Assembly (NCBI GenBank): GCA_964016885.1
Contig: OZ024755.1
Location: forward strand, 18,290,001 to 18,354,000
Length of the DNA: 64,000 bases
From: Eledone cirrhosa
Lineage: Eukaryota
Reading direction: 5' to 3'
Below the pieces are notes generated by a model that worked only from the letters and a program-made list of their open reading frames with translations, was not told where the DNA came from and did not search any database. Of the stretch, positions 13,701 to 27,900 are shown in pieces. Positions within the stretch are counted from its first letter, which is position 1. Each line of letters starts with the position of its first letter. Made by a program: the position numbers and the translations under genes.

Positions 13701-16700
13701 GTTATTCTAACATGCAAAAGTGATATAGTTGCTGACAGAGAGGAATAAGAGAAGAGAGATTTATTTATGCATGAAGCTATTAAATGAACTTCATTTGAAA
13801 CTTCACAGCATCACCAGTAGTAAGACGGCTAGTATTGTTAGAAATAATCCAACACCAAATATTTGCTAAATATTAAAAACACAACAATCATTCATTTAAC
13901 AAACAGGCGACACTCTCACATATTTGGAGGTAGGGTATGTGATAAGACATCTGGTGTGAGAATATTATTGGTTCACAGTGAACACAAACACACAACACTC
14001 CATCTATATTTAACTACATACAAATACAGCATTAGTTGACAGTGAACACAATGATGGGGAAAATATATCCAAACAAATAACATCAAACAGAGATACAGTA
14101 ATTTAGTTCAGTAAAAATATATAAAACAATCATGGGACTTTGTTCTGTTTTCAAACCCTGGCGAGGTTAGCTTAGCCTTTCATCCTTAATCCTCTTGGTG
14201 CTGTGGGTGACTGAATGTGCCAATAGAGAAATCTCTCCTTAATACATAATATAGTATCAAGGAAAGCAATTCATAAAAAATTCAAACCCCAGAAGGTTAA
14301 GGGGGTCGATAAAATAAAGCATCATTTATGCATGGGGGTTGATTTAATCAACTCGCCCCAAAATTGTTGGCCTTGTCACTAAATCAAAAACCATTATTTT
14401 CTTTCACCTATATTTCATCAATTAATTTAAAGTAATATTTTTTACATAAGGATTAAAAACAAAAATTCCAATAGTATTTGCTACACCCTTAACCACCTCC
14501 CCAAAAAACCCAAACCATCTACACTATTATTTTCAAAGTAACTGGAAGAAATAGATCAATATATAATTATCTCCCTTTACTTTCAGAGTTTAAATTCCAG
14601 TGAGATTAATTGTCTTTCATACTTTAAGATAAATGACAATCATGTTCTGGAATTTAATCTCATACAATATGGAACCAGTTGCCAGTGAGAACCCAGTTTT
14701 ATCAGTTTGGTATAGAGCTGAAGGCTGAATGTTTTAATGAATTACTTCCCTTGATACTATATTATGTACGAAGGAGAGATTAATCTATCGGCGCATTCAG
14801 TCACCCGCAGGGCCAAGAGGGTTAAAAGCTAAAGTTTGTTACAATTCAGTCTATGATAGCAAGATAGTAAGTTGAAAGGCATAAGAAATGTTACCTGAAA
14901 GAAAAAGGTGTTATATTTCCAATTGGAAGGTGACAACATAGGTAATAACAAATAATATAAAAAAAACTGACAATAAATATTTATTTGTGCCATGGTGATG
15001 GAATGCTTGCTTCCTGATCTACTAATTCCAAGTGGGACAAATATACTGACAGGTAAAAAATAGTGTTTATTAAAGTGAATCTGTTGACTATAAAAGCAAA
15101 TCAGTGTAAAAAACGTGATTGACAACAATGAAAGAGTCGTGATATTATATCCTTGAGAGAGTGTGTGTGTGTGTGTGTGTGAGTTTATGGTGAAAGGATT
15201 CTGGTCATGGTGGTGTTATATGTGTGTGTGTCAGTTTATGGTGAAAGGATTCTGGTCATGGTGGTGTTATATGTGTGTGTGTGTGTGTGAGAAATTGAAA
15301 GATACTATATGAAATAATACATTAAAATGTTCTCAATTTAAATGAATTTGTTTCTTTGAAAATGTGAGTGAGTGTGTGGTATATATATATATGTGTGTAT
15401 GCGTGTATATATATATATATATATTAGATAGAAGCATTGTAAATTAGAAGTAAGCTCCTGGCTTCTTGCAGGGGAAGTTCTGCAATCAGGATTTTGGTGT
15501 TTGGTTGTAAACCATTCCACTTCCACCGCAACCATTAATGTAGTTGAGAGGAAGATGGGAACTTTAGGAAATATCATTTCACTTTTCTTAGAAATCAATA
15601 ATGTTGTACGTGTGTGAACTAGTGTGTATGTGTGATCTAATGTGTGTGAGAGCTAGTGTGTATGCATGTGTATATCTGTGTGTGAGGGCATATATTCAGA
15701 TATATCTGTGTGTGAGGGCATATATTGATATATCTGTGTGTGAGGGCATATATTGATATATCTGTGTGTGAGGGCATATATTGATATATCTGTATGTGTG
15801 GGCATATATTCAGATATATCTGTGTGTGAGGGCATATATTGATATCTGTGTGTGGGCATATATTCAGATATATCTGTGTGTGAGGGTATATATTGATATA
15901 TCTGTGTGTGGGCATATATTCAGATATATCTGTGTGTGTGGGCATATATTCAGATATATCTATTGTGATACTTAACACTGAAATATATACAGAGATAGAT
16001 ATCTGTGAACAGACATGTACAGTAAGAAATATATTGAGAGTTGTATGACTTTGTAAGAAGATATGAGAGTGTTAGATTAGATAGAGTCTAGCTGTTACTA
16101 CCAGCGTGGTGTCTGCTGTCTCTAAATAGCGGCACTCTATATATACACATGGTCTGCTATGGTTATATATATATATATTGTAGGGTAGATTCTTGCAAAT
16201 TGGTTTGTAAAGAAACACAACATATTGGATCAATTTCAGAACATAAAACTGTTGGCTTTATCCTTCTTTCCTTTTTTTTTTTAATATATCAGCAACAACA
16301 ACAACAAAAGTAATATTAAGTGACATTATAAGCACCAATTTGAGATCGAAAAGAGAAACAGACTCACCGATTGATACTTAAAATGTTTAATGTCACTTTA
16401 TATAAAATCTTATCTTTCAATTCATTCACAACTAATGGAAAAAAAATATGGTTTCCTTTCAGATAATCGATTAAATTATTGAAGACTTATCATACAAAAG
16501 GACACTTCAGTGAAAATAACAGAAACTATTTGAGGATACTATAAGTTGTTCATGTACGAAAAATTCCTAGTTAAATTCGAACACAACCAGTTTGAAACAA
16601 CAAATATTTAGCCTGTATTTGCTTGTTTATGAACTAATTATATTGTGTATACTAAATTGTGCATTAAACAGTTTGATACATAGATATAGCACAAACACAG

Positions 16701-18213
16701 ATACACACACACATATATATATATGCACAGAGACTACAAGATTTAACCTAAGTTACATAAATGTAAATAAACACTGACAAATGTAAACATATGTTTGTAT
16801 ATTTATTTCTTTGTGGTCTAGAAAATAGATGTATGTCTTAGTGGCAATGGTGTTGAATTTATGATGATAATGTTGTAGGTTTGATTCCTGGACTGGGTTG
16901 TGTGTGTGTGTGTTCTTGAGCAAAACACTTCATTTCACATTGCTCCAGTATACTTAACTGAAAATGAGTACTAGCAGTAGCTGGGGGTTTAACCTTGCGA
17001 TAGACTGGCGTCCTGTTAAGGGGAAGTCTTGAACTCTCAGTCATTTAACACCACAGAAACTGGATAAGTACCGGCCTGAAGAGACAGACTTTGGACTTTT
17101 ACACTAAAAAATAGTGAATAATCTGACTAGAGTTTCAACTTGGACTATATGAACTATAGGGGAATATATAGAGAGGTATGTCAGTGTGTTTACACATCTA
17201 CACAGCTTCAGTTAAACCTTGTACTGTGTTTACACATCTACACAACTTCAGTTAACTCTTGTACTGTATTTACACATCTACACAACTTCAGTTAAACCTT
17301 GTAATGTGTTTACACATCTACACAACTTCAGTTAAATCTTTTACTGTGTTTACACATCTACACAACTTCAGTTAAACCTTGTACTGTGTGCTGATTACTG
17401 TAGAATTTCTTAACTGTAGTAATTTCCCTTCATTTTTGGCCAAGGGAAGCCCTGAATAGGTTGCCAACTCACCTCTGTTCTAAATTTGATACCTTATATC
17501 TAAGTCAGACATCAATATTTGGGGATAACTACTGGCGACAATATTATTTTGAATGTGGTGTAGTGCTTTACATATATAGAATATGGCAGTGGGAGAGAAA
17601 GAAAGAGACAGAGAGAGTGACTTAGACATACATTATATGTGAAACCTCCTTCAGATAGCTATATTAGTTGCCTGTTGAGAGTAAAATAGAAACCATATTG
17701 GAGACATCTGTTTCAAGGGAAAATCTAAAGGTTCTAATAAAACCTGCTATACTATATGTTCACTAGGGTGGTGGGTGTTCTGTGATGGTTGGTCATACAG
17801 TGGTGGGTCTGTGATCATATGGTGGGGGGAGAGGTTTGTGGGGGTTGTTGTATGACAGTTGGTTATATGGTGGAGGTGGTGGGAAATAGGTTTGTGAGGG
17901 TTGTACTATGGCACTCAATACTGTTTAATTCTACAACTAAATCATTAAACACATTTCTGAGGAATAATCAGACTAAACTAATGAGGGGTGACAGGGGTAT
18001 GGTGATAGCTAGGGCCCAAAACTTCCAAAAGGTGGGTAAGTCGATTAAATCAACCCCAGTGTATTACTGGTGCTTTATTTTATCGACCCCATAAGGATGA
18101 AAGGCAAAGCTAACCTCAGCGGGATTTGAACTCAGATCATAAAGGCAAAATCATCTTGGGGAAATGTCTTGGGGAAATGTCTTGGGTTGACATACCTTGT
18201 CAGTGGAAGTCTG

Positions 18214-18265
<52 letters not shown>

Positions 18266-18851
18266 AGTAAGTATGTTTTGAAACAGGAGCAGGTTTGAAA
18301 TTAGAAAATAGAATAGTTTTCACCGTATTTTTGACTAAAGGAATTTTTAGCCTGATAATGGGGTTTAGAACCCTCAGATAAATGGAAAAAGATGAGTATT
18401 GACGTACATGTACGTCAATACTCATCTTTTTCCATTTATCTGAGGGTTCTAAAGCCCATTATCAGGCTAAAAATTCCTTCTATATATATTTATTGAAAAG
18501 ATAACAAGGACGATTGGTTACTCCTTCATTACATTTATTGGTAGGTGACGCGCGTTTCGCCACTGATCAGCTCAAGGTTCGATCTTACCCGACTCTATAA
18601 TCTGCAGCTCGACGGACCCTTTAAGAGCTGCGGGTTATAGAGTCGGGTAAGATCGATACAGATCGAACCTTGAGCTGATCAGTGGCGAAACGCGTGTCAC
18701 CTAGCAATAAATGTAATGAAGGGGTAACCAATCGTCCTTGTTATCCTTTCAATATATTACACTCTGTATAGCTCTACACCTCGACACAAGTGAACCTAAA
18801 CACCGAGTGCTCACCCGGGTGAACCTACAGTAACTCCAAGTTACATACCCT

Positions 18852-18890
<39 letters not shown>

Positions 18891-19228
18891 TACATACATA
18901 CATACACACGTGTATATATGTGTGTGTTTAGCTTTTTAGCTTAAATCTTAGATCTACATCTCTGGTTATCTAGACTTCAATAGATTTTCAGTAGTTTCTT
19001 TCTTTCATAAAAAAATCTAGACAGAATTTCTATAAAGACTATTGTACTATAACCATACCAAGAGAATTTGGTAGTAATGTTGATAGTTCACAAAATTAAG
19101 TAACAGCTTTGTCAAAATAGAAGTCCAACTTGATTTTCAACTGCTATAGTGTGTGTATATATATATATATATATAGTGTATGTGTGTATATATATATATG
19201 TAGTGTATGTGTGTATATATATATATAT

Positions 19229-19259
<31 letters not shown>

Positions 19260-19696
19260 CACGTGTGTACTAACTCGCCAGTAAAGTATGGAAGGAAATG
19301 ATAAGCAAACAAGTAATAAAACAATAGCCTGATACTCTGAGTCAGTTGAACAAAGGGAGTTGTTTAATCAGTAAAAGACAGTAAATATGAAAACAATGTC
19401 TTCATCATATCAACATTGTTAGAGTAAATGAGGAAGTTAAACTAGGACAAGTTTCAGTAATGAAGAAGTAAAAGGAGAAATTCTTATTTCTAAATAATTG
19501 TTTCTACTTTTGGCTCAAGGCCAGCAATTATTCCAGTGCATTACTGGTGCTTTATTTTATCGACCCCGTAAGGATGAAAGGCAAAGTTAACCTCGGCAGG
19601 ATTTGAGCTCAGAACGTAATGGGCCATAACTCTATGTCACAAAGCATAGAATTATGGCACACAAGTAACCTGACTAATTTACATGCTACATTAACC

Positions 19697-19730
<34 letters not shown>

Positions 19731-20243
19731 AAAAAAGATCAAATCGAAAATGCAACTGGAGTCTTTTTGAAAAAAATATATATTTATTTGGTCCCTTTAC
19801 CGGTTTCGCAGTTCTTGTGCTTTTCAAAAGTAGAATTGAGATGGAGGGTTTGTGGTTTTTCTCGCATCTGGTTGGTGTTTGAATGTTACTTCTGTTTTAT
19901 ATGGAAAACAGAAGTTTTATATGGGAAACAGAAGTAACATTCGAACACCAACCAGATGCGAGAAAAACCACAAACCCTCCATCTCAATTCTACTTTTGAA
20001 AAGCACAAGAACTACGAAACCAGTAAAGGGACCAAATAAATATATATTTTTTTAAAAAAGACTCCAGTTGCATTTTTGATTTGGTTATGCTACCTGCAGC
20101 TTGCTGAGTGAAGGATGGTTTTGCGGGGAATGATGTCTGGTGGTACTGTAGGGTGCACCTAGCTTTCCATGCTGGCATGAGTTGGAGGAAGACTAAGGTG
20201 GGAGGGAGGTGAGGTATGCTAATGAGATACATCCATCACACTC

Positions 20244-20295
<52 letters not shown>

Positions 20296-20630
20296 TTGAA
20301 GTTTGAAAGCCGCGACAATGCGGATTAGATGGAAAATAACCAAATTGTAAGAAAAAGGGGTGGTTTTTTACTTTAATTTATTCCCATCTTGATATTTCAA
20401 GATTAATATCTCTTCTTCTGGCCAGCGTGGTATAGCAAGCCAAATCGGACACTGGAATAGTTCCTTTATTTTCCTCAGAAGAAGAGATATTAATCTCGAA
20501 CTATCAGTGCATATGAATAAATTTAAGTAAATTTCTTACATTTTCCACCCAATTCACACTGTTGTTGTTTTCGAACTTCTAATTCTTCATACCATATACA
20601 ATACTACAAGTAAACTACAAATTCCTTCTA

Positions 20631-20666
<36 letters not shown>

Positions 20667-22990
20667 GTGAAAGATGAAAGAAATGAAGCAAGTGCACTCT
20701 GATAGATTTGTATTATTTAATTGTTTCTATTTTTAGGCACAAGGCCAATAATTACCCAGTGCATTACTGGTACTTTATTTTATCGACCCCGTAAGGATGA
20801 AAGGCAAAGTCAACCTCGGCGGGATTTGAACTCAGATCGTAAAGGGACGTAACTATGCTGGAAAGCATGGCGTCCGACTCTCTACCGATACTGCCAATCC
20901 ACCGCCATGATTTGTATTATTTAATGCACATGAACAATATAACATAAGTAAAGTGAGAGAAAAACTAGGCATAAAAGTAATTGGATGTAATGTGCAAGAG
21001 AGAAGACTGCATTGGTATGGACATATGATGTGTATGGAAGATGGCCGCAGTGTAAAGTGCAGAGAAATCTCAGTGAGTGGAATTTGTTGAGGAGGTAACC
21101 CTAGGACGACTAGGGAAGAAGCAGTAAAGACCAACTTTAAAAAGCTGAACCTCATGACAGAGATGACAAAGGACCATGAGGATTGGTGAGATGCTGTAGA
21201 GAAAGACCTGACTACCAGCATAAAATGTGATATGACCGATATATAAATGTCCCAGCCATAGTAACTATCATTATCATGAATTGGCAGTATCGGTAGAGGG
21301 TTGGACGCCATGCTTTCTAGCATAGTTACGTCCCTTTACAGTCTGAGTTCAAATCCCGCCGAGGTTAACTTTGCCTTTCATCCTTACGGGGTCGATAAAA
21401 TAAAGTACCAGTAATGTACTGGGTAATTGCTGGCCTTGTGCCTAAAGTAGAAACAATTATCATCACTATATACCCACCCTCACTCTACCCAGGACCACTC
21501 TATCTCCCTTCCCTCACCTGCCATTAACTCATGACAATATAATTCTTACCAACCCATTGTTCCTTACTCATGGCATACTACTAGGGTAAGGAGAGTTTTT
21601 CAGTCATGTCAATGACCAACAACTTCCCTAGTGCTGGTGCCACAATAAAATGCACCCAGTACACTCCTCTGTAAAGTATGTAGTTGGTGTCAGGAAGGGC
21701 TTCCAGCCATAGAAACCATGTCAAAACGAGTTGAGAAGAAATATCTTCCAGCTATGACACTAACTTAACTCAGATGTTTGTCATATAGGTAGGGACTAAT
21801 TAATCAGTTAAAATTAGATGAAACTCTTATCAAAGTTCACCAAAATCAGACATAAATATAGAGTTAAAATAAACAGAACATCTTTAAAGCTGGAAGCTAA
21901 ATTTAGTAATAAGAGTATTGATATGTTCCTTTAAAACCATCCTAATTTCCTTTAAGCAATTTAATGTAAAGAAATCCTACTGAGTTATAAAACATATCTT
22001 ATCTATCTATTATACATATATGATAGTAAGAAGAGATAAAGACTCAAGCACTCATTGACATCTTATTGATAATTCACTGACAAAGATTAAGAGTTAAAAC
22101 AATACAACAAAGTAGTATTTAAGTCTATAGAGAAAGTGGAGAGAGATTTAGGCAAGAATTAAAGAAAAAAAAAGCTCTGATTATAAAGTTTTGAGTAAGT
22201 AGAGTTAGAAATCAAACTAAACACACAGCAACAGAAAACTTTAGTTAAAGCCATTTATCAAACTTGATAATACTCTGGGATTATTTTGTAATAATAAATG
22301 TAGATTTAAGCAGCAGAAGTAAGGGCATTGTTTAGCACTCCAGAAGAGATACAAACAGAAATAATAAGATACAGAAATATGATTATTTTACTACATTAAT
22401 AATGTTTTCAACAGAACAAATATCATTTTATGAAAATGAAATTTCAGATCTTAAAAAAAACTTCCCCCCCCAAAAAAACAAGAAATGTTTTTAAAGACAT
22501 TTTATAAAGTGTGTGTATAATATTAAGAATGATGGTAAGTCAATGACAGATGATATAAATATTATAAAGAAAAATTTATCTAAAAAATAAAGGCTATGGT
22601 AAAACTAAATTTGGAAGCAAAATACAAATTGAGAACTAAAATTAGAAAAGCAAAAACCAAAAAAAAAAAAAAAAAAAAAATCTTATTTAAACTTAAAGCA
22701 AGCAGTTTATTTTAATTACATCAACCTGGCCTTAACACTTCAAATAAAGTTACCTTAGCTAGTCTTAAATGTGTATTATTTATTTATGAAGGCCAGGTAT
22801 AAAGAAAATTCTATAACTACACACATTTATTATTTATGGTTTAATATTTGAATAAATGTTTCAAAAAGAAACTTAACTTATCTACTTTTAGAAAATTAAT
22901 TTCTTTAAATTATTAAATTATTTTATTTGGTATGTTATATAAAACTATTAGCTTTCCAAAGAAGAGTATTATTTGTAGCAGGCACAAATT

Positions 22991-23040
<50 letters not shown>

Positions 23041-23707
23041 AAAAAATATATATATATATATAAATATAGACATATTTATATATATAAATAAAATATATAT
23101 ATATTTTATTTCCTTTCTGCTTCTACCTACCAAAGCTATGACAAGTGAAATTTATATAGCATCAAACCATATATTTTGCCACCAATAAACATTTCTAAAA
23201 TATTTAAATTGGGGGTAAAGTGAAGAAGAGATTTTAAAATGATCCAATGTTTTGGTTTATTTACAAACACTACAACTGAGCAAGTATTATGTTATCAGGC
23301 AGCATGCCTTTCATAGCAGCAGGCTCACCAGAAAATTTACAATAGGTCTGTTCAAGATTGCGTCCATCTTCACACACTAGAATAATGATCAGCTCATATT
23401 GCATGCAAAAACCTACCATATGGAAGTTTTCCGGGACAACCATCCAGAGAATTTGCCTGAAATCACAGTACATAACATTTGCATAAAGAGGTTTTTTTTT
23501 TAGTCACATTCTAAGAGTATTTTGTAATGTTTTTAGCAATCTTTTATTCAATTATTGTACTTCCGTTCATTCACTAACTCCAATGCCAAGAGTTTTAAAT
23601 ACACTCTGGACCTCCAAAAGCAGAACATTTTGATGAATTCTCAGCCAATGATTGTATCAGAATATCTGATATTGAGTATATGTACAGTTAGTAGGGTTAG
23701 AGTTCAT

Positions 23708-23738
<31 letters not shown>

Positions 23739-24326
23739 TACATACACACATAGACAAAGATCTGATGAGTTATCAAAATAGAAATATTTTGATAACCCAT
23801 CAGAAACACAGAAAGCATTCAAATGAAAAAAAAAAAAAAAAGAGATGTAATAGTAAACAAAACAAAAATAATTATCCTAAAAATGTAAACACCTGTATGT
23901 ATACATAAAAACCTGTGTATACAAGATGTAAGCACATATGAATGTATACAGACAAGTCTGTGTATACAAGATATAAGCACATATGTATACGGACAAGTCT
24001 GTTAGTGTATACAAGATGTGTACATGTGCCCATGAACACATCCCACCAACCTCTCATTATATTATAATTACTACTACTACTAATTAGTAGATAACTATGT
24101 ATAAATGGCCCAATAAATGGTCCTGAGGGAGCCATATTGAAATACAGCATTTCTAGGGCAAGTCTTAAACCTGGCAGCACTCCTCTCCTCTCCATATCTG
24201 TATCATAGATAACTATATCAACTGGTAAATATTTGTAAATAACAGTTAAAAAGGAAGACGACATCTTGTTGGGAAGGAAGCTCATTAGAGTTTTCAGTTT
24301 ATGTGAAAATTAAATATGGCTTAAAG

Positions 24327-24373
<47 letters not shown>

Positions 24374-24918
24374 TCAAAAGCGCCCAGTCCACATTATAAA
24401 GTGGTCATGCAGATATCATGACAAAAAAGCACCTAATCCACACTTTAAAGTGGTCATGTTGGCGGCATGACAAAACGTACTTAGCCCACACTTTAAAGTG
24501 GTCATGTGGGTGCCACGACAAAGAGCACCCAGCACACACTGTAAATGTGGTTGGTGGTAGGAAAGGCATCCAGCTGTAGAAACCAAGCCAAAATCAATTC
24601 TCTGTGAGCGAAACCTGGTCCTCTGACCTGATCTCTCACAAAGGAACAGCCTGTCCTATCCATGCCAGTGTGGAAAATGGACATTAAACAATGCTGATGA
24701 TATATATCATCATCATCGATTGACAAGAGCCCAGATCTCATTTGTTTACTGAGTGGGGTGGAACTCATCAAATTGGACGAAGGAAAGAATATTTCCATTG
24801 CTGATATTAATCTGCTGGTCACAACTCCTGGCAGATATATGTGTGTATATATATATATAAGCAAAGAATCGCTGCTTTCACACTTAATGGGATCTTATGC
24901 TTAAACTTTAATCTGTTA

Positions 24919-24959
<41 letters not shown>

Positions 24960-27900
24960 TCATCATTTTATGTCCGCTTTTCCCTGCTTGCAAGGGTTGG
25001 ACGGGTCCTATTCAGCACAGCATCTCTCCACTTGTCACGGTCCTTCTTCATCTCCTCCGTGAGTTTCAGCGATCTGAGGTCTGCTTTCACCACCTCCACC
25101 CATGTTTTTCGTGGTCTACCTCTACTGCATCTTCCGTCTACTGGGATTAGTGAATGACAGAATTGGTAGAGCATCAGACAAAACATCATGTGTTAGCTTG
25201 TTATGTCCAATTATCTTCTGATTTCAAATGTCACCCAATTTCACTTTGCCTGAGTTTAATTAAGTACCAGTTGATAATATAAATAGTGGGGTTAAATATA
25301 ATCTGTACTCTTGAAAGCAGTGCACCAGCATGGCCTTAGACCTATGACTGAAACCAGTAAAATAATAAAACATATAAGAAAATAAAACAACTTCAATTTA
25401 GGTGGTAAAAATGTTTGACTATATGAAGATTAGTGAGTTTAGGAAAATATTTGAATTTTAAGATTTATGATTGAATTGGCAGGGTTAAAAAAATATAATT
25501 TTGGTGAATCAGGGATATTGATCACAATTAATTAATATACAATATTGCTTTCTCACATTATACCAAGACTTTGATATCAAAGTCCATTATCACTTGTAAA
25601 GGACTACAGCAAAAGAAAGAGCTAGAGAGAAACTATTATCTAAATTTATTGTATCCACGTGAAGAAGAGATATCTATTTCTTTAAAAAATATATTTATTT
25701 CTTTATTTAACCCTTTCATGACCGCATTTCTTATGAAATACACTCTACATTAATTAATTAATGAAGAATTTTGAGGGATTTGCTAAAATTATTTATTATT
25801 TCATTACAAAGATAGTAACTTAATATAAGGTTCTTATATAAAATTATGTTGGAAATTTTAAATTTAAATTGGAAACCTTTAAAATGGGTGGTTTTACTTC
25901 ATAGAACCAGAGCTGGTTTTGGCTGGGTTTGTAACTAAAGGGTTAAAGAAGTTGCTATAATTACTCATCTAAAACTGAAAAATGAAGTTGACATATTTCA
26001 ACTAACAGTCAACCTTAAATAGTTTTGTATATTGTATTTTATTTTATTTTATTTTAAATCTAAATGAATACATTAAAAAGAAAAAAATATCAAAGCTATT
26101 AAATGAAAGATTAAACAAATTTTTTTTTGAAATAAAATAAAATTAAAATAAAGTAAAAATGAAGAAAAACTTGCAACTGAGAAACATAATTTTGAATATA
26201 TGAAACAAAAATAGCAATAAAATTAAATAAAAGGAAGAGAAAAGTGAGAAATACTTCTGGAATTGTGAAGTGGAAATATAAAAATAGTGTGTCTCTTAAT
26301 CTCAGTTAAAATGTTAAAGTTTCCGTGCATTTGGAAGAAAAGTGAGCAACAAAAACTTTAAAAAAAAAACAAAAAAAAAAACAGATAGACATATGAGTAT
26401 CAGAGAAATTAGATATGTTTTTTGTTTTTAAATGTACAAAAGAAACACTACTATGCAACTGATGCAGAAAACTGTATTCTCGTGCTTGCTACCCAAAATG
26501 ATAAGAAAAGAGAAAAAGGAAAACACATCTAAAAAAAAAAAACTAGCATCTAGAAATTTCTAGAAATATGCTTAATTAGAGAAAAAAAATAATATAAATA
26601 AAATTGTGTTTTTATTTACCTTTTGGCCGTTCTGGTTGTGTTTTTGATCTGAAACTGTTTCGAGCACAAGATTTCCGAAGGTTTGGTGGTATAGTAAAAC
26701 CTAAATTAAAGACGTTAAAAATGTTTGTAATTACAAGATCAGTTAATGAATGGTATGTTAACCCTTTAGCATTTAAACTAGCCATATTCAGCCAGAATTC
26801 TCTCACCTCTTTCTGTTCAAACTGGTCATAACCGGCCACTCATACTGATGTTAAGGTATTGTTCTCAAAATAAATAGCATAAAAATCTCATAGATTTGAT
26901 ATTATGTGAGATAATTATATAAGATAAAGCGTTTACCACAAAAATACAATAGTATATATAGAGTAATGAAAATGCTGAAGGGTTAAATATTGGTAATATC
27001 CCAATTATGCTGAGAAAAAGGTACACATGCTATGATTATCTCACACACTCTCCCTCCCTCTTTCACACACACACGCAATAAACAGGATCTATTTGTCTTA
27101 CCATTTTCTTGATCACTTTTTACTTTCTTTCTTTCTTCATCAAATGCTTTCAGCCATCGATCTTTTTCTACGGCATTTTTACTGAACACTAAGAAGGATT
27201 TGTTCCGTTTGTTATCGTGAAGCTTCCAACCGTTTTTCACATAAACATTAAACTGTGGGTCTGAAAAATTATGGACAAATATCAATGAAGATATCCAACT
27301 ACCAATGAAGATATCCAAAAATTATGGACAAATATCAATGAAGATATCCAAAAATTATGGACAAATATCAAAGAAGATATCCAAAAATTATGGACAAATA
27401 CCAATGAAGATATCCAAAAATTATGGACAAATACCAATGAAGATATCCAAAAATTATGGACAAATACCAATGAAGATATCCAAAAATTATGGACAAATAT
27501 CAATGAAGATATCCAAAAATTATGGACAAATATCAATGAAGATATCCAACTACCAATGAAGATATCCAAAAATTATGGACAAATACCAATGAAGATATCC
27601 AAAAATTATGGACAAATATCAATGAAGATATCCAAAAATTATGGACAAATATCAATGAAGATATCCAAAAATTATGGACAAATACCAATGAAGATATCCA
27701 AAAATTATGGACAAATACCAATGAAGATATCCAAAAATTATGGACAAATATCAATGAAGATATCCAAAAATTATGGACAAATATCAATGAAGATATCCAA
27801 AAATTATGGACAAATACCAATGAAGATATCCAAAAATTATGGACAAATACCAATGAAGATATCCAAAAATTATGGACAAATATCAATGAAGATATCCAAA

